Shown one piece after another: positions 57,506 to 64,000 of a stretch of 64,000 nucleotides of DNA; the stretch's first letter is position 1; each line of letters begins with the position of its first letter. The notes under the pieces are model-generated. The model was given only the letters and a program-made list of their open reading frames with translations. It was not told where the DNA came from and ran no database searches. Both the position numbers and the translations under genes were made by a program. Origin of the DNA: Eledone cirrhosa (Eukaryota); contig OZ024741.1 in assembly GCA_964016885.1 (NCBI GenBank), positions 373,736,001-373,800,000 on the forward strand, in the 5' to 3' direction.

Positions 57506-57697
57506 ATAGGAGAAAGTATGACTCCGACGGCAGAGCCCAGGCCGTTTCGACGGCTATTTCTGGACTGAAATAGCCGTCGAAACGGCCTGAGCTCTGCCGT
57601 CGGGGTTATACATTTTCCTATTTCCCACTCTACTAAGCTATGCACTGAGTATTCTGGTGCGTTATGGTCCATCTGGTTCCTTACCACAATTCCTTTG

Positions 57698-57700
<3 letters not shown>
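57506..57700 (+). mobile_element. Short element with a palindrome of ~55-bp arms carrying the 3' half of a hammerhead
   Basis: Palindrome 57506-57621 containing GAAA-CGGC-ctgagctct-GCCG-TC. The tail recurs at 57875-57950 and 59514-59570. Confidence 0.8.
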
Positions 57701-57734
<34 letters not shown>

Positions 57735-57945
57735 AGTTAATATAAATTAATGTATGATAAACACCTAAGTGTTTGTGTTGTAAAAGACAAAAGTTAGCTA
57801 GAATGAAAATTAATTGTAAATGACTCTTTCAGTGTATACTCTAAATATAATATATATATATATTATATTATTACCCACTCTACTACCCTAAGTATTGAGT
57901 ACTTTGGTGCGTTATGGTCCACCTGGTTCCTTACCACATTTCCTT

Positions 57946-57983
<38 letters not shown>

Positions 57984-57987
<4 letters not shown>

Positions 57988-58090
57988 TAAAATAACAGAT
58001 GAAAGTTTAAGCAAAGAATAGCTGCTTTCACCCTTAACGGGATCTTCTAAAACTAAAAAAATCAATCTGTGAACGCAGAAGTAAATATTT
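57984..58090 (-). mobile_element. Penelope pLTR 3' fragment with HHR-like motif (57996-58069, core TAGAAGA)
   Basis: Homologous to 22892-23000. Confidence 0.8.
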
Positions 58091-58131
58091 TAGATTAATG
58101 CATAATTGCAAACGAATTGAATGTTATTATT

Positions 58132-58505
58132 AGTGGATTGGCAGTATCGGTAGAGGGTCGGACGCCATGCTTTCCAGCATAGTTACGTCCCTTTACGATC
58201 TGAGTTCAAATCCCGCCGAGGTTGACTTTGCCTTTCATCCTTACGGGGTCGATAAAATAAAGTACCAGTAATGCACTGGGTAATTGCTGGCCTTGTGCCT
58301 AAAGTAGAAACAATTATTAGTAGATTGGCAGTATCGGTAGAGGGTCGGACGCCATGCTTTGCAACAAAGAGTTACAGCCCTTTATGATCTGAGTTCAAAT
58401 CCCGCCGAGGTTAACTTTGCCTTTCATCCTTACGGGGTCGATAAAATAAAGTACCAGTAATACACTGGGGTAATTGCTGGCCTTGTGCCAAAAGTAGAAA
58501 TTATT
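58132..58505 (+). mobile_element. Two tandem Meta-like SINE copies
   Basis: Units start at about 58132 and 58320. Confidence 0.85.
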
Positions 58506-58562
58506 ATTAATATTCGAAATATTCAGATTACATTTATTGTATTCAGCCATGTAGAACGAAAA

Positions 58563-58607
<45 letters not shown>

Positions 58608-58716
58608 TAAGAGGAATTCCAACTTTGTCTGATTTACTCGTTTTATTTACAATCCTTTAAATTATATATAATTTTCAACAGTTGAAAATTGCAAACTCGA
58701 CTGTCACCACATATCA

Positions 58717-58755
58717 TGAACCTGAAGATTGCGAAAGCACGAAAGTACTTGTTCA
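58717..58755 (+). ncRNA. Minimal type-I hammerhead ribozyme
   Basis: Stem I TGAAC/GTTCA, CTGAAGA, stem II TGC-GAAA-GCA, GAAA, palindromic AAGTACTT stem III, CUU triplet. Confidence 0.85.
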
Positions 58756-58925
58756 ATTAACACTTAGAATTTAATATTCTATCATACTATTTCATTATAA
58801 TACCATTATATATAATTTAAAGGATTGTAAATAAAACGAGTAAATCAGACAAAGTTGGAATTCCTCTTATTAATATAATCTTCTATACACAATCATACAC
58901 ACCCGTGTATATTTACCTATCTATA

Positions 58926-58989
<64 letters not shown>

Positions 58990-59125
58990 AATGTTAAACA
59001 AGGTTCAATGAATACATCAAAGAATGAGTTTTACAATAGATTGGAAGCACTCAACAGCAATGTTTTCCAGAGTTATTAATATTAATTCAAAATATTAACA
59101 AAATAGATATTCTTGTGATCAATTA

Positions 59126-59192
59126 TATTTTATTATACATATTTCAGAGGTACTGAATTAAGTTCAACAGTACGTCCTCATCAGATAAAATA
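59126..59192 (-). ncRNA. Hammerhead ribozyme (inverted twin of 59262-59328)
   Basis: Reverse complement of the motif at 59262-59328. Confidence 0.8.
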
Positions 59193-59261
59193 AGATGATA
59201 CATGACATACCCTCACATAGTAGATGGTTAAGATTCAGTCACGGTATGTCATGCATCATCT

Positions 59262-59328
59262 TATTTTATCTGATGAGGACGTACTGTTGAACTTAATTCA
59301 GTACCTCTGAAATATGTATAATAAAATA
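59262..59328 (+). ncRNA. Type-I hammerhead ribozyme
   Basis: 8-bp stem I TATTTTAT/ATAAAATA, CTGATGA, stem II GGA..GTACTG/CAGTAC..TCT, GAAA, ATATGTAT minimal stem III, AUA triplet. Confidence 0.82.
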
Positions 59329-59609
59329 TAATTGATCACAAGAATATCTATTTTGTTAATATTTGAATTAATATTATATATATATATTAATATTATATAT
59401 ATATATATATATTGTATATATATATATATAATATATAGGAAAATGTATGACCCCCGACGGCAGAGCTCAAGCCGTTTCGACGGCTATTTCTGGACCAGAA
59501 ATAGCTGTCGAAATTGAGTACTCTGGTGCGTTATGGTCCATCAGGTTCCTTACCATCCCTCCTTCGTTATATAATATATATATATATAATGTATATATAT
59601 ATATATATA

Positions 59610-60430
59610 TATTTATTAAAATAACAGATTAAAGTTTAAGCAAAGAATCGCTGCTTTCACCCTTAACGGGATCTTCTGAAACTAAAAGTGTCACTCTGTG
59701 AACGCAGAAGTAAATATTTCAAAAAACGTTGCAACCGGAGGAAGACAGAAAAACGATACTTTGGTTCGTGGAAACGTTCCCTGGCAAAGAACGGGGAAAA
59801 ACGAAGATAATACGTCATTATTTGGGGCGTAGAAAACAATTACACGCAAAGACAAAACCACGTTTATGGTATAATTGAAGCCGTAGACTAATATTCTATT
59901 AGGTGGTTCATACAGACGTTCTCTGGCAATGAACGTTTATTGAATTATATGTATACACGCACACACACATATATGTATATATATATTTTTATATATATTT
60001 TTATGTGTATTTGGTGTATACGTTCGTATGTGTGCGGGTACAGGCGTTGCGTGGGTTCTGTATGTGCGTGCGGGTTTTTTTGTGTACGTGCTTGTATTTG
60101 TATACCTATAGCGTGTGTTTTCGCGCATGCTTGTGTATGTACGTATATGGATGCGTGTATGTATTTATTTAATTTAAATTACCTCTGTATTTTATTCATT
60201 TTATTCTTAACTCTGAAGCCAAGAATCATTCAGTTTCCTAGTTAGAATTTTAGTCTACGACTTCAGTTATACCATTTACGTGGTTTTGTCTTTGCGAGCA
60301 ATTGTTCTCACCGATCCACATAATGACGTATTTTCTTCGTTTTTTCAGTTCATTGCCAGAGAACGTCTCCTTGAACCACCTAATAGAATATTAGTCTACG
60401 ACTTCTTTTATACCATAAACCTGGTTTTGT
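59610..60430. mobile_element. Diverged Penelope pLTR fragments in inverted arrangement, with HHR-like motif at 59625-59698 (-)
   Basis: 59610-59935 is homologous to 22890-23215; 59990-60430 is homologous to about 24170-24700 in the opposite orientation. Confidence 0.82.
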
Positions 60431-60647
60431 CATACATATATATATATAATACAAGTATATAATACATATATATAATATATATATATATATAATATAATAC
60501 AAATATATAATATATATATATATAATATATATAATATATATAATATATATATAATACATATATAATATATATATATATATAATATAATACAAATAAATAA
60601 TATATATATATATTATATATATTATATATATTATAAATTATATATAT

Positions 60648-60687
<40 letters not shown>

Positions 60688-60816
60688 TATATATATTATA
60701 TATATATTATATATTTGTATTATATTATATATATATATATATTATATATATATATATATATTATATATATATATATTATATATTTGCATTATATTATATA
60801 TATTATATATTTGTAT

Positions 60817-60850
<34 letters not shown>

Positions 60851-60980
60851 GTATTATATATATATTATATATATTATATATATATATTATATATTTGTAT
60901 TATATTATATATATATATATATATTATATATATGTATTATATATATTATATATATTATATATATAATATATATATAATAC

Positions 60981-61047
<67 letters not shown>

Positions 61048-61162
61048 ATACAAATATATAATATATATATATATAATATATATAATATATATATAATACA
61101 TATATATAATATATATATATATAATACAAATATATAATATATATAATATAATACAAATATAT

Positions 61163-61199
<37 letters not shown>

Positions 61200-61392
61200 A
61201 TATAATACAAAAATATAATATATATATATATATATAATATATATAATATATATATATAATATATATATATATAATATATATAGAGAGAGAGACTGCATAC
61301 CATGTACCTAGACTAGAAATCGTTATATATACTTAAATCAAATAGTATATATATATATATATATAATATATATATATATATATCATATATAT

Positions 61393-61424
<32 letters not shown>

Positions 61425-61498
61425 ATATATTATATATATATATATTATATATATATATATATATTATTTATATATATTATATATATATATATTATATA

Positions 61499-61567
<69 letters not shown>

Positions 61568-61571
61568 ATAC

Positions 61572-61622
<51 letters not shown>

Positions 61623-61740
61623 ATACATATATATATATATATATTATATATATATATATATTATATATATTATATATATATATTATATATATTATATATA
61701 TATATATATTATATATATATATATATATTATATATATATA

Positions 61741-61797
<57 letters not shown>

Positions 61798-61846
61798 ATA
61801 TTATATATATATTATATATATATATATTATATATATATTATATATA

Positions 61847-61894
<48 letters not shown>

Positions 61895-61905
61895 ATATAT
61901 ATATA

Positions 61906-61936
<31 letters not shown>

Positions 61937-61984
61937 CATTATATATATATATATACATTATATATATATATATTATATATATAT

Positions 61985-62016
<32 letters not shown>

Positions 62017-62150
62017 ATATATATATACATTATATATATATATATATTATATATTATATATATATATATTATATATATTATATATATATATATATATTAT
62101 ATATATAATATATATTATATATATATATATTATATATATATATATATATT

Positions 62151-62201
<51 letters not shown>

Positions 62202-62383
62202 TATATATAATATATATATATAATATATATATATAATATATAATATATAATATATATATATATATTATATAATATATATTGAAACAGGTAAAAGAATATA
62301 ATATATATATATATATATATATAATATATATATATATATATAATATATATATATATATCATATATATAATATATATATATAAT

Positions 62384-62427
<44 letters not shown>

Positions 62428-62584
62428 ATATATATATATATTATATATATATATATATATTATATATATATATATATATATATTATATTCTTTTACCTGT
62501 TTCAATATATATTATATAATATATATATATATATTATATATTATATATTATATATATATATTATATATATATATTATATATATA

Positions 62585-62635
<51 letters not shown>

Positions 62636-62746
62636 ATATATTATATATATATATATTATATAATATATATATATTATATAATATATATATATATATTATA
62701 TAGTATATATATATATATATATATTATATAATATATATATATATAT

Positions 62747-62788
<42 letters not shown>

Positions 62789-62999
62789 ATATATATATAT
62801 ATTATATAATATATATATATATTATATAATATATATATATATATTATATATATATATATATTATATAATATATATATATATATTATATATATATATATAT
62901 ATATTATAATATATATATATATTATATAATATATATATATATATATTATATTATATAATATATATATATATATATTATATAATATATATATATATATAT

Positions 63000-63037
<38 letters not shown>

Positions 63038-63384
63038 ATATATATATATATATATTATATATACTATATATATATATTATATATACTATATATATATATT
63101 ATATATACTATATATATATATATTATATATACTATATATATATATATTATATATATTATATACTATTTATATATATTATATAATATATATATATATATAT
63201 ATTATATATACTATATATATATATTATATATACTATATATATATATATTATATATATTATATACTATTTATATATATTATATAATATATATATATATATA
63301 TATTATATATACTATATATATATATTATATATACTATATATATATATATTATATATATTATATACTATTTATATATATTATATA

Positions 63385-63417
<33 letters not shown>

Positions 63418-63700
63418 TATATATATATATTATATATATTATATATATATATATATTATATATATTATATAATATATATATATATATATTATATATATTA
63501 TATATATATATTATATATATTATATATATTATATATATATATTATATATATTATATATATATATTATATATATTATATATATATATATTATATATATATA
63601 TATATATACATATCTATATATAAATATATACATATCTATATATATATACACATCTATATATATATATATACATATCTATATATATATATATCTACATAGA
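60430..63700. repeat. Very long degenerate (TA)n array
   Basis: Direct inspection. Confidence 0.95.
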
Positions 63701-63785
63701 AAGTTATATTTAAATTGTTGGGTTAACAACGAGTAAATATTTATAACTGATATAAAAGCACTTATTTATAAGACTGTTTATATTG

Positions 63786-63851
63786 TATTTTGTCTGAAGA
63801 AGGCATAACATATTGTTAATATGATATCCCTGAAATATATATAATGAAATA
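63786..63851 (+). ncRNA. Type-I hammerhead ribozyme
   Basis: Stem I TATTTTGT/ATGAAATA (2 wobbles), CTGAAGA, stem II AGG..CATATT-gtt-AATATG..CCT, GAAA, palindromic ATATATAT stem III, AUA triplet. Confidence 0.75.
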
Positions 63852-64000
63852 AATATGGTTTTATAAATATAGTTTCCATTTATTTAATATCATATATATC
63901 TACATATATATATATATACATATATACATATATACATATATACATATATATATACATATATACATATATATATACATATATATATATACATATATACATA

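Noticed and set aside
58132-58230. tRNA gene
   Set aside because: The A/B boxes belong to a multi-copy SINE head; there is no complete cloverleaf

Overview
AT-rich, microsatellite-dense eukaryotic DNA with no supportable host protein-coding gene. The repeat content (abundant tRNA-derived SINEs, huge (TA)n/(TG)n/(GA)n tracts) suggests a cephalopod such as Octopus, which is an inference. The window is a nested transposon landscape. It holds a composite Penelope-like element (RT + GIY-YIG, probably Naiad-type; 19.6-24.9 kb) with pseudo-LTRs and an inverted partial copy, a 5'-truncated Tx1/L1-type LINE in a (GATA)n tract, and decayed RTE, CR1-like and hAT-transposase relics. It also holds two solo LTRs, MITEs with visible TIRs/TSDs, Helentron-like elements and many SINEs. 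The most notable signal is a dense, diverse set of type-I hammerhead ribozyme (HHR) motifs from several unrelated short elements inserted in (TA)n. These include a recurrent non-canonical core (CAGAAGA) in the Penelope pLTRs and fold-back palindromes centred exactly on HHR stem II, which suggest cDNA snap-back at the ribozyme hairpin. Most ORFs in the supplied track are microsatellite artefacts. All structures were read by eye; none has been computed or tested.
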